DNA from: an uncultured Planctomycetia bacterium
GTDB taxonomy: Bacteria > Omnitrophota > Gorgyraeia > 2-02-FULL-51-18 > JAGOUK01
Length of the DNA stretch: 63,145 nucleotides
Direction of reading: 5' to 3'
Assembly: GCA_964430735.1 (NCBI GenBank)
Contig: CAYSFB010000012.1
Location: 1-63,145 of the forward strand
The position numbers and the translations under genes were made by a program. Positions 54,028 through 63,145 of this stretch are shown in pieces. Position 1 is the first letter of the stretch, and each line of letters begins with the position of its first letter. The notes under the pieces were generated by a model. It was not told the origin of the DNA. It was given only the letters and a program-made list of their open reading frames with translations, and ran no database searches.

Positions 54028-55752
54028 TTAGACGGTTCCTATGCTGGCGACGTTGATCACCTCACCGGTGGTGGTGATGCCTTGCAGCACTTTGCCCCAT
54101 CCGTCCTGCAGCAGCGTGAGCATGCCCTCGGAAGCGGCTAGAAGCTTGATGTCCTGGGCCGACGCCTGCCGGAGGATCGCTTCCCGGATCGGATCCGTGA
54201 CGGTGAGAATTTCGTGCAGGGCCGTTCGGCCGTAAAAGCCGGTCTGATTGCATTCGGAGCAGCCGCGGCCCACCCAGGTCTTGACCGGGTCGCCTGCCGG
54301 AAGCCGAAGGTCGCGGCGGATGCGGTCCCGGATCGGCTGCGGTTCAAACGAGTTCTCCTCCTTGCAATGAGGGCAGATCACGCGGACCAGGCGCTGGGCG
54401 ATGACGGCCTGAACGCTCGACGCGATCAGGAACGGTTCGACGCCGATGTCGACCAGCCGGTTGAATCCGCTCGCGGCATCGTTGGTGTGCAGCGTCGAAA
54501 AGATCAAATGCCCGGTGAGCGCCGCGCGGATGGCGATCTCGGCCGTTTCGAGGTCGCGGATTTCTCCGACCATCATGATGTCGGGGTCGTGGCGCAGCAT
54601 GCTCCGCAGTCCGCTGGCGAAGGTTAACCCGACCTTGGGCTGGACCTGGATCTGCGTGATGCCCTGAATGTCGTACTCGATCGGATCCTCGAGCGAAATG
54701 ATCTTGAGGGAGTCGGAACGGATCTGATTGAGACAGGTGTAGAGCGTTGTGGTCTTGCCGCTGCCGGTCGGTCCGGTGAGCAGAACGATTCCGTGCGGAC
54801 GGTTGATGAGATCGTTGACGATCTCCACGTTTCCGGGCGTGAGGCCCAGCCGGCCCAGGTCGAAGGTCAGTTCGGTCTTCAGCACGCGGACGACGATGCT
54901 TTCGCCGTAAGGCGTGGGAATGCACGAAACGCGCAGATCGAGTTTTTCGTCCCCGATCTTCACGATCGCGCGGCCGTCCTGGGGCAGCCGGTGCTCGACG
55001 ATGTCCAGATTGGACATGATCTTGATGCGCGAAATGATCGGCAGGATGAGCGCGCGAACCTTTGCCGGCAGGTTGGCGTCGCTGAGAATGCCGTCGATCC
55101 GGTAACGCAACCGGAACTGGCCTCGGTACGGCTCCAGATGGATGTCGGTGGCGCGCTTTTTATAAGCTTCGAGAATGATTTCGTTGACCAGACTGATGAC
55201 CGACGCATCGCCCGCCATCTGGTCGGCGGTGGCGATGCTGTTGACCTCGACGTCGTCACGCTGGGTGTCCGCATAGGAGGAGGAAACGATCTGATCGACG
55301 GTTCCTGCCGCCATTCCGTACGCGCGGCGGATCAACTCCTGGATCTCTTCGCGTTTGGCCAGAATCTGCTCGACGGCGAATCCGGTCTGCATCCGAATCT
55401 CGTCCTGGGTCTTGAGCGTGACCGGATAGTGGCAGGCAATGGTCAACCGGTTGCCCTCGATCCGGATCGGGGCGAATTGATAATGCGCCGCAACTTTGAT
55501 CGGGATCCTTCGAACGAGCTCTTGCGGGATCTGCACGGCAGAAAGGGTTTCGTACGGAATATTGAGTTGGCGGGACAGAACGGGATACAAAGCGTCCGGC
55601 TGGGATCCAAAGTCCTGGCAGAGGTGCTCGATCAGGGGCCGGCCGGTCTTTTGGGAGCGGTTCAAGGCTTCCTCAAGCGACCGCCGGTTGACGATCCCCT
55701 CTTCCACCAGACGATTGCCGAACGTGGTGTCGATACGGATGTCGGAACGCAT
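54028..55752 (-). CDS. gspE: Type II secretion / type IV pilus assembly ATPase GspE/PilB
   Basis: 574 aa. N-terminal GSPII_E_N-type domain. Walker A LLTGPTGSGKTTTLY. Asp box, Walker B IMMVGEIRD, His box LTGHLIFSTLHTN. Tetracysteine CPHCK...CSECNQTGFYGR. Confidence 0.95.
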   Translation of the reverse strand: MRSDIRIDTTFGNRLVEEGIVNRRSLEEALNRSQKTGRPLIEHLCQDFGSQPDALYPVLSRQLNIPYETLSAVQIPQELVRRIPIKVAAHYQFAPIRIEGNRLTIACHYPVTLKTQDEIRMQTGFAVEQILAKREEIQELIRRAYGMAAGTVDQIVSSSYADTQRDDVEVNSIATADQMAGDASVISLVNEIILEAYKKRATDIHLEPYRGQFRLRYRIDGILSDANLPAKVRALILPIISRIKIMSNLDIVEHRLPQDGRAIVKIGDEKLDLRVSCIPTPYGESIVVRVLKTELTFDLGRLGLTPGNVEIVNDLINRPHGIVLLTGPTGSGKTTTLYTCLNQIRSDSLKIISLEDPIEYDIQGITQIQVQPKVGLTFASGLRSMLRHDPDIMMVGEIRDLETAEIAIRAALTGHLIFSTLHTNDAASGFNRLVDIGVEPFLIASSVQAVIAQRLVRVICPHCKEENSFEPQPIRDRIRRDLRLPAGDPVKTWVGRGCSECNQTGFYGRTALHEILTVTDPIREAILRQASAQDIKLLAASEGMLTLLQDGWGKVLQGITTTGEVINVASIGTV

Positions 55753-55777
55753 ACTGGGTTGCCGGGGCAGGACCGGC

Positions 55778-57241
<1,464 letters not shown>

Positions 57242-58099
57242 TTAGGCGGGCGCGTTGACCATCATCGCAGTCACCGTCTCGCGGAGACTGGCGTCGATCA
57301 ACTCGCGGCGAGTTTTGACGAACAGCAATTTGAGTTTTTTCTCGAGCTCGTCCAGGTTCTGCAAGCTGCCGTCCAGCTGCATGGCCTGTGCGGCATACTC
57401 GCTGAGCTTGTTGTCCTGGAAGAGGGCGATCAGTTTATAGATGATCCAGATTTCCGACAGGTATTCCATGATCGCGTCGATGTGGGTTTCCTGACAGAAC
57501 AATTCGTCCTTATCGGGCCGGGTGTCTTCGTTTTTTGGATAAACGTCGTGGGCCGGAAGCAGCGTGACCGCGCGGATTTCCTGGGTTGACAACGACACCG
57601 GATCGGCGTAAACCGCGATCACTTTTCCGAACTCCTTTTCCCTGACTTTTTGCGTCACAAAATCTTTGATCTGCGTCGCGACCTCGTGCATGTTCTTGTC
57701 CCGGAATCCTGGAAAAATGGTGTATGGGACACGCTCCTGCTTTAACCGCCCGATCATGCGCGGACCGGTGATCACAAAATGGCAGGGGCGGTTCTCGACT
57801 TTTTCGCGGGCGACCTTGATGACCTTGTTGTTCAATCCCGCCATGAACGACTCGTTGGATGTGATCGCGATCATGCAGATCACCCCCGAATCGGGCTGGA
57901 CGAATGAACTTTTTGTCTTGGAGTGGTCCGCCAGCTGGAAAAAAGTGTTGAACGATGTCGTAAAACGGTCGAAACGCTTTTCGCGCTTCTTTTTTACCTC
58001 AACGAACGACGACATGGCGATGCCCTTCATCGTCCCCATGATCTGCTTCATGTTGGACGCTACGAACCGCTCATTGGCGACGACCGGCAGTGTGGGCAT
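57242..58099 (-). CDS. atpG: F1-ATPase gamma-subunit homologue (divergent)
   Basis: N-terminus MKQIMGTMKGIAMSSFVEVKK (cf. ITKAMEMVAASKMRK). C-terminus LSEYAAQAMQLDGSLQNLDELEKKLKLLFVKTRRELIDASLRETVTAMMV (cf. SEQAARMVAM..A..N...L...L.L.YNKARQAAIT.EL.EIV). Confidence 0.75.
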   Translation of the reverse strand: MPTLPVVANERFVASNMKQIMGTMKGIAMSSFVEVKKKREKRFDRFTTSFNTFFQLADHSKTKSSFVQPDSGVICMIAITSNESFMAGLNNKVIKVAREKVENRPCHFVITGPRMIGRLKQERVPYTIFPGFRDKNMHEVATQIKDFVTQKVREKEFGKVIAVYADPVSLSTQEIRAVTLLPAHDVYPKNEDTRPDKDELFCQETHIDAIMEYLSEIWIIYKLIALFQDNKLSEYAAQAMQLDGSLQNLDELEKKLKLLFVKTRRELIDASLRETVTAMMVNAPA

Positions 58100-58128
58100 T
58101 CAGCGCCTTTGGTTAAACGTCCGGAGCC

Positions 58129-58875
58129 TTATTTGGCCGCGTATTTCCAGGTCAATCCCTGTTTCATCTGCAGGGCGCTTTCGTTGACGCGCTCCGCGAG
58201 ACTTCCGTCGACGACCATCGTTCCGATTTTCATCAGAATACCGCCGAGCAGCTTGGGATCTTCGTTGCTGTACAGACGGACCTGACGGCCGAGCTTCGCT
58301 TGAAGCAGAGTCTTGATCTTTTCCTGATCGTGGACCGCCACAGGCATGCTCGAAATGATTTCGATTTCGTTGACGTCGCTGTTGATCTTGGTGAGATCCG
58401 CCTTCTCAAGCTCCGCAATGAACTCCTCGACGAGCTTTTCGTTCATCTGGGCCTGGACCACGGTCGTAAGTGTCTTGTTCAGAATTTCGGCGCAAATGTC
58501 GATCATCTTGCCTTCGGCCTCGATCATCGCGTCCGTGCGGATCTGCTCCTTGGTCGCCTGCGCCTTGCGGATGATGTCGTCCCCTTCTTCCTTGGCCTTG
58601 CGGATGATGTCCTCGTGCAGCTGGTTGGCGGCGCGACGGGCTTCGGCCTTGATGCGCTGTTCTTCGTCCTGGATGACCTGCTTTTGTTCGTCAATCTGCT
58701 TCTGGGCCTGTTCGAGCTTCCGCGCGAGCAACTTTTCCTTCTCGCGGTTCATATTGTCGAGTTTTGTAAGGCGGTTGATCGCGCTGTTCGTATCCGAAAA
58801 GATCAGACGGCGAAGCAGGGTGATCACCACACCGAGGATGAGGATCTGGGCAAGGACGAATCCGATAATCAGCAT
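58129..58875 (-). CDS. Fused b-like (TM + coiled coil) and delta/OSCP-like C-terminal stator subunit
   Basis: N-terminal TM MLIIGFVLAQILILGVVITLL. Charged coiled coil about 100 aa (EKEKLLARKLEQAQKQIDEQKQVIQDEEQRIKAEARRAANQL...). The C-terminus ...DPKLLGGILMKIGTMVVDGSLAERV resembles the delta-subunit end (..LIGG..V.VGD.V.DGS....L). Confidence 0.68.
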   Translation of the reverse strand: MLIIGFVLAQILILGVVITLLRRLIFSDTNSAINRLTKLDNMNREKEKLLARKLEQAQKQIDEQKQVIQDEEQRIKAEARRAANQLHEDIIRKAKEEGDDIIRKAQATKEQIRTDAMIEAEGKMIDICAEILNKTLTTVVQAQMNEKLVEEFIAELEKADLTKINSDVNEIEIISSMPVAVHDQEKIKTLLQAKLGRQVRLYSNEDPKLLGGILMKIGTMVVDGSLAERVNESALQMKQGLTWKYAAK

Positions 58876-58890
58876 GGGATATGGCTCCGT

Positions 58891-59106
58891 TTAGTAGAGT
58901 TTGACCAACTGGAAAAAAACCAACAACGATACGATGATGAGGCACTGATTGAATATCAGCAGTGTCACCATTCCGATCAGAATCACGGGTCCCGACGAGG
59001 GGTTCCGCGAGAGCGCCTTGACGGTCGTGTGACCTATGATCGCGACGACTCCGGAAGGGCCCAGGATCGCCGCAGTCGTAACCAGAAACAAAATGATGAT
59101 GTCCAT
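58891..59106 (-). CDS. F-type ATPase c-subunit-like hairpin protein lacking a membrane carboxylate
   Basis: 71 aa: MDIIILFLVTTAAILGPSGVVAIIGHTTVKALSRNPSSGPVILIGMVTLLIFNQCLIIVSLLVFFQLVKLY. Two TM helices with a polar loop SRNPSS (cf. ARQPE). No Asp or Glu in helix 2 (only N54/Q55). Confidence 0.62.
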   Translation of the reverse strand: MDIIILFLVTTAAILGPSGVVAIIGHTTVKALSRNPSSGPVILIGMVTLLIFNQCLIIVSLLVFFQLVKLY

Positions 59107-59116
59107 AAAAACCCGG

Positions 59117-59374
59117 CTATCCGGCCGCCGGTTCGTCGGACTCGAACTCTTCGGCGAGTATCAGACACTTGTTGTCATTGAAGGCTACGATCCCCGCCTT
59201 GACCGGAATCGCAATCTTGTTGTTAATGATGATGTCTCCCGCGCGCAACAGCCCCAGCGTCTTCGAATGGAAGCTCATAAGCTCGTATTCCGACTCGTCC
59301 CCGTCGATCAGCACCCGCTCCACCGCGTCCTCAAATATAACCCGCTTGGGAGTCACGATCGTCAGGTCAAACAC
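59117..59374 (-). CDS. atpC: F1-ATPase epsilon-subunit homologue, beta-sandwich domain only
   Basis: 85 aa: MFDLTIVTPKRVIFEDAVERVLIDGDESEYELMSFHSKTLGLLRAGDIII...VKAGIVAFNDNKCLILAEE matches the epsilon N-terminal domain pattern. The C-terminal helical hairpin is absent. Confidence 0.75.
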   Translation of the reverse strand: MFDLTIVTPKRVIFEDAVERVLIDGDESEYELMSFHSKTLGLLRAGDIIINNKIAIPVKAGIVAFNDNKCLILAEEFESDEPAAG

Positions 59375-59375
59375 G

Positions 59376-60872
59376 TCAGGCCCCGCTTTTTGCCGGCGCG
59401 GGCGCGGCGGCTTTTTCTTCGGTCGAAATGAAGCGGGTCAGGTAATTCCGAAGATGCGTTTCGATGCCTTCCTTGATCTTGTCGGTGAGCTTCCGCTCGG
59501 TTCGAATCGTGCGCAGAAGATCTCCCGCGTTCTCCCTCAAGTATCCGGAGATATCGCGCTTGAACTCCCGGACCTGATCCATATTCAAAGGCATCAGCAT
59601 CTTGTTGTTGTGCGCGTAGTAAATGAAGATCTGCTCTTCCTGCGGAACCGGATTATCCTTGTCCTGGGTGATGAGTTCGACGAAGATTGAACCGAATTTG
59701 AGCTGATCCTGAACCGATTTGGAAATATCGCTCGACAGTTTGGTGGATTCGACCAGCTCGCGGTATTGAAGATAGTCGAGGCGGTAGGTCTTGGTCATCG
59801 CCTTCATGATCGACCACTGCACCTTCGTTCCGATGCGGGAAACGGAGAGCCCCAGGTCCAGCGCCGGCTTGAAGCCCTGCGCAAAAAGCTTGAGATCCAG
59901 ACAAATCTGGCCGTCGGTCATCGACACCAGGTTCGTGATGACGTAGCTGGTGATGTCGCCTTCGAGTGTTTCCATGAGCGGCAGGAAAGTCATCGACCCG
60001 CCGCCGCGCTTGGCGTCGAGCTGCGCGGCACGTTCGATCATCTGTGAATGGAGATAAAAAATATCGCCCGGATACGCGTTGCGTCCCGGGGGGCGGCCGA
60101 GGAGAAGCGACAGCTCGCGGTACGCCCAAGCATGTTTCGAGAAATCGTCGAACACGACAAAAACGTCCTTGCCGCGATACATGAAGTATTCGCCGAGCGA
60201 GCAGGCGACATACGGCGCGAGGTACTGCTCACCCTGCGAAGCGGATGCGCCGGCGGAAAGAATGATGGTGTAATCCAGGCAGCCGTGACGGTTGAAAAGT
60301 GCCGAAACGCGCTTGAGGGACATCTCGGCTTTTCCGATGTCGACGTAGATGCAAACGACATCCTTGCCCTTCTGATTGATGATCGTGTCCGTGCCGATGG
60401 TTGTCTTACCGCTCATACGATCTCCCGTGAGCAGCTCGCGCTGGCCGCATCCCAGGGGAATCATGGAATCGATGATCTTAATGCCGGTTTCGACCGAGCG
60501 CTCGAGGGGTCCGCGGGACATGATCGGAGGCGAGTCGCGGAAAATCGGATAATGATCGTCCGCCTTGACCGGCCCCTTGCCGTCGCGCGGTTCGCCGAGC
60601 GCCGTGGTGATACGGCCGATAAAATTACTTCCGACGGGGGTCGTGAAAGGTTCAAGCGTCGTTGCAACGCGGTCGCCTGCGCCAATGGCTCCGCGCTCTT
60701 TGAGAATCAGGACCTGAGCGTACTTTTCGGTGAAGCCGATCACCATGCCGCGTGACCCGCCGCCCAGGTCCACCAACTGTCCGTAAATGCAGTTCGCCAG
60801 ACCTTCGACCACGATCACGCATTGTTTTTTACTGACGACGGTTCCGAATTCTTTGTATTTAAAAAATGACAT
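59376..60872 (-). CDS. atpA: F1-ATPase alpha-subunit homologue (divergent)
   Basis: GQRELLTGDRMSGKTTIGTDTIINQKG (cf. GQRELIIGDRQTGKTA). YLAPYVACSLGEYFMYRGKDVFVVFDDFSKHAWAYRELSLLLGRPPGRNAYPGDIFYLHSQMIERAA. GGGSMTFLPLMETLEGDITSYVITNLVSMTDGQI. GLSVSRIG. Confidence 0.9.
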   Translation of the reverse strand: MSFFKYKEFGTVVSKKQCVIVVEGLANCIYGQLVDLGGGSRGMVIGFTEKYAQVLILKERGAIGAGDRVATTLEPFTTPVGSNFIGRITTALGEPRDGKGPVKADDHYPIFRDSPPIMSRGPLERSVETGIKIIDSMIPLGCGQRELLTGDRMSGKTTIGTDTIINQKGKDVVCIYVDIGKAEMSLKRVSALFNRHGCLDYTIILSAGASASQGEQYLAPYVACSLGEYFMYRGKDVFVVFDDFSKHAWAYRELSLLLGRPPGRNAYPGDIFYLHSQMIERAAQLDAKRGGGSMTFLPLMETLEGDITSYVITNLVSMTDGQICLDLKLFAQGFKPALDLGLSVSRIGTKVQWSIMKAMTKTYRLDYLQYRELVESTKLSSDISKSVQDQLKFGSIFVELITQDKDNPVPQEEQIFIYYAHNNKMLMPLNMDQVREFKRDISGYLRENAGDLLRTIRTERKLTDKIKEGIETHLRNYLTRFISTEEKAAAPAPAKSGA

Positions 60873-60873
60873 A

Positions 60874-62199
60874 TTAAGCCTTGTGCGCCTCGTATTTGCG
60901 GTTCAATTTTGCCTTGGACTGGCCCCACCAGAGCGCATAGAACATAAGGCCCAGGACCGTCAAAAATCCGATGAATCCGTAGATGATCTTCCAAGTGGTC
61001 GACACATCCGGAGTCGCAGGTTTGATGTAGTACGGCAGCGTTTGAGGAACGGGATGCTCGATCTCCTTGACGAGCTCCTTGAGCTTTTTCTCGGCGTCCT
61101 CGACCGCGTTGAAACGGGTCAGGTTCAGGCTGAAATTGGAGATCATGTCCGCCGGATTCTCATACTTGACCTGAAGTTCCTTGATCTGCACGGAAAGCCG
61201 TTCGAGCTCGGCGAATATCTTGTTTCCGGTTTCTTCGTACTGGGATCCCTTTAATTTTTCTTGATGGCTCTGAGCCAGCTTGACGATCTGATCCAGCTTT
61301 TCTAACGGTATCTTCCAAGCATTTTTAAAAACGATGGTCGCAGACACCGTCTCGGATGGCTTCAGATCCATTTCGCGATACAGATAATAAAGTTCACGCT
61401 CGGGGTCGAATTTCACCTCGAAGCCCTGAGCGTCGATGATGTCGGTCGGAGCGACTCCTCTGGGGAGATAGCGGATGACCTTTTGCTTATGCAGCTCTTC
61501 AGACATCGGATTCTTAATCTGGACCGCCATCTTAACCGTTTCGGCGGTTTCGGCGATGCTGCCGGCCCAGCGGGCCTGCTTGACGAAGTCCGTCATCACG
61601 GTGACCCGGCTGCGGATCTGGTCGATTTTATCGGATGCGATCCGGTGCATTTCAATGCGTTGCGGAATCGTCATTTCTTCAGCCTGCGCCTTTTCGATGT
61701 CAGCCAATTCCTTCATCGTTTGGTCCGCCAGGCGCTGACCGGCCTGGTAATCGTCGGTATCCTTTAAAAACTCCAGACGGCTCTGGGTCTGCTTCTTCAA
61801 GAAATCGATATCCGCCTGGGGAATCTGCCAGATATCGCGGACTACAACGCGGTAATTCTTGGATTCCTGCGGCTGTAAAACATTCTCGCCGTACAGGAAT
61901 AATGCCGAACGTTTGTCATCGTAGCGAATCTGAAGGCCGGCGCTGTCCAACACGTCTTCTTTAGAAAGCTCTGCAGGGAGGTATTGAACAATCGGAGTGT
62001 CCTGAGGCTCTGTAGACGCATTCTGCGTCTTGAGATTCATGATCAGGCTCTCGGCTGCCTCGGCTGGTACAGGTGTTGCAGTCTGCAACGCTACAGCAAC
62101 AAGGAACGGGGCCATAGCCCTGAGCGAACTCCATTTTAGGAAGCGCTCAACGCCAGTCGAAGCAACCCTGTTGTGTTTTAAACAATTGCCGTTTGACAT
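60874..62199 (-). CDS. Hypothetical exported protein with internal ~95-aa duplication, coiled coils and a C-terminal TM anchor; first gene of the ATPase/T2SS-like array
   Basis: Hydrophobic leader MAPFLVAVALQTATPVPAEAA. Repeats at aa 70-165 and aa 241-336 (IVQYLPAELSKEDVLDSAGLQIRYD... vs VIRYLPRGVAPTDIIDAQGFEVKFD...). TM WKIIYGFIGFLTVLGLMFYALWW. Stop 1 nt before the alpha-subunit ATG. The start codon is uncertain. Confidence 0.6.
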   Translation of the reverse strand: MSNGNCLKHNRVASTGVERFLKWSSLRAMAPFLVAVALQTATPVPAEAAESLIMNLKTQNASTEPQDTPIVQYLPAELSKEDVLDSAGLQIRYDDKRSALFLYGENVLQPQESKNYRVVVRDIWQIPQADIDFLKKQTQSRLEFLKDTDDYQAGQRLADQTMKELADIEKAQAEEMTIPQRIEMHRIASDKIDQIRSRVTVMTDFVKQARWAGSIAETAETVKMAVQIKNPMSEELHKQKVIRYLPRGVAPTDIIDAQGFEVKFDPERELYYLYREMDLKPSETVSATIVFKNAWKIPLEKLDQIVKLAQSHQEKLKGSQYEETGNKIFAELERLSVQIKELQVKYENPADMISNFSLNLTRFNAVEDAEKKLKELVKEIEHPVPQTLPYYIKPATPDVSTTWKIIYGFIGFLTVLGLMFYALWWGQSKAKLNRKYEAHKA

Positions 62200-62321
62200 G
62201 TTCGTCCGGTGACATTCCCCTCTTATCGAGTCTGGGCGACCTCGGACCGGTGAACGGCTGGGTCTGACGAGGCAGATCGGTCACGCGACGCCGGGCCAAA
62301 AGCCCCCCGCGTCAGCCGATA

Positions 62322-63145
62322 TTACTCGCCCGCTTCCCAAGTGGTTTCGACCTGAGCTCCGCCGACAGACGATTCGACCAGATACTTCAGCATCCGCTGA
62401 TTTTCCTTCGTAATCTTCTTCACGACCTCGATCTCCTTGATCCGATCCAGCTCGTCCAGGTGCAGATCCTGGATAAGGCTGGTGATGGCCTTGCCCTCGC
62501 GGGTACCCTGGTCTGCGATCGCATTCACGATCATGCGGGTCAGTTCTTCGGGGTCAAGACGGTTGTCAACGATCTCGGCCGTCTGTGCTGCCAGCTGCTC
62601 AACGATCGACTTCAATTCAATCACCGTTTTGAAAACAGAGGCTGTGGTCTTTTCATCCGTTTCGAACTCGGGCTGGTCAACGCCGAGTTCTCTGCGGAGC
62701 TTTTGAATCTTGTCAAAGGCATCCTGCGTGAACGTCTTGATGTTATTCAAGCGGCCGAAAACCGACTTCGTCTGCGTGGTGTCGGTCACTTTTCCGACTC
62801 GTCCGAAGAGAGAATCGGTTGACGGGCTGTCGGTGAGCTCACCAATCTTGTCATTGATTTCATCCGCTGTCGTTTGTGCCGCAGTAACGTTCGTATTCAC
62901 CGTGCCAATGGTGCTATCCAAGTCGCCCAATCCTTCCCAGTTCACACCCGCAGCGGTCTGGCGGGCCGTGTCATCCCAGTTGATACCTGCAACCGACAGT
63001 CCGTTCAAATTCGTGAAGTTGATGCCGTTTCCGGTCATGTAAGCAAAATCAGCCCAATTGATCGCGGCATCTGTCATCACCTGGAAGTCTTGGAAGTTGA
63101 TGCTCGAGTCGGTGAGGACCTGCAAGTCCTGGAAATTGATGCTGG
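62322..63145 (-). CDS. Hypothetical protein with 13-aa IN[FW] repeats then a coiled-coil region; N-terminus beyond the right window edge
   Basis: The frame is open to position 63145. The ORF-track start (63125) is a TTG inside the repeats. Repeats: SINFQDLQVLTD / SSINFQDFQVMTD / AAINWADFAYMTG / NGINFTNLNGLSV / AGINWDDTARQTA / AGVNWEGLGDLDS. Confidence 0.6.
   Translation of the reverse strand, partial: SINFQDLQVLTDSSINFQDFQVMTDAAINWADFAYMTGNGINFTNLNGLSVAGINWDDTARQTAAGVNWEGLGDLDSTIGTVNTNVTAAQTTADEINDKIGELTDSPSTDSLFGRVGKVTDTTQTKSVFGRLNNIKTFTQDAFDKIQKLRRELGVDQPEFETDEKTTASVFKTVIELKSIVEQLAAQTAEIVDNRLDPEELTRMIVNAIADQGTREGKAITSLIQDLHLDELDRIKEIEVVKKITKENQRMLKYLVESSVGGAQVETTWEAGE
62913..63145 (-). repeat. 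Coding 39-nt (13-aa) tandem repeat, six copies in the window, continues off the edge
   Basis: Period-39 register verified by translating 63143 down to 62913. Conserved I/V-N-[FW] at repeat positions 3-5. Confidence 0.8.

Noticed and set aside
60874-62199. The 441-aa protein considered as the missing ATPase a subunit
   Set aside because: It has only one C-terminal TM helix plus an export leader and is mostly soluble coiled-coil/beta modules. It has no 5-6-TM bundle and no conserved a-subunit Arg motif.
62913-63145. The 39-nt tandem repeats considered as a CRISPR-like array; likewise the 273-bp repeats at 1-1460
   Set aside because: Both are in-frame coding repeats with no spacer/repeat alternation and no cas genes. 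No CRISPR array is present in the window.

Overview
63.1-kb window from a high-GC (roughly 60-65% by eye) diderm bacterium; the taxon cannot be fixed from this window. I support about 60 protein genes. Almost all are on the minus strand, packed into long co-directional runs with 1-8-nt start/stop overlaps (ATGA/GTGA). There are two tRNAs (initiator tRNA-Met and tRNA-Thr-CGU). I saw no rRNA, CRISPR array, transposase, integrase or prophage genes. Left to right: (1) a two-partner secretion pair (TpsB plus a >1,230-aa TpsA that runs off the left edge, is absent from the ORF track, and ends in 273-bp tandem repeats); (2) a YceI / flavoprotein / MMPL operon divergent from a UbiE-like methyltransferase; (3) an overlapping operon of hybrid histidine kinase, GATase, L,D-transpeptidase, aminopeptidase N and ICMT-like methyltransferase; (4) MscS, a 6x PKD protein, MscL, an RGG-rich protein and glycine-zipper proteins; (5) an envelope operon of alpha/beta hydrolase, orphan RND pump, YdbH-like protein and a YnbE-YdbL fusion lipoprotein; (6) acyl-ACP desaturase, a porin, ftsB, eno, purN, trxA; (7) ExbB-ExbD-TPR plus a TonB-anchored VWA protein; (8) an S41 protease translationally coupled to an STT3/PglB-like oligosaccharyltransferase with a WWS variant motif. 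The standout is 47.5-63.1 kb. One uninterrupted minus-strand array holds a divergent F-type ATPase gene set in non-canonical order (alpha, epsilon, c-like, b-delta fusion, gamma, beta). It has no a subunit in the window, and the c-like subunit has no membrane carboxylate. This set is joined by a 25-nt gap to a T2SS/T4P-like set (GspE, F, G, I-like, J-like, K, PilM-PilN fusion, PilO-like, TPR protein) with no secretin in the window. Two unknown repeat-containing envelope proteins precede it. I propose this as a candidate undescribed composite machine. All family calls rest on motif recognition by eye and need HMM or structure confirmation.
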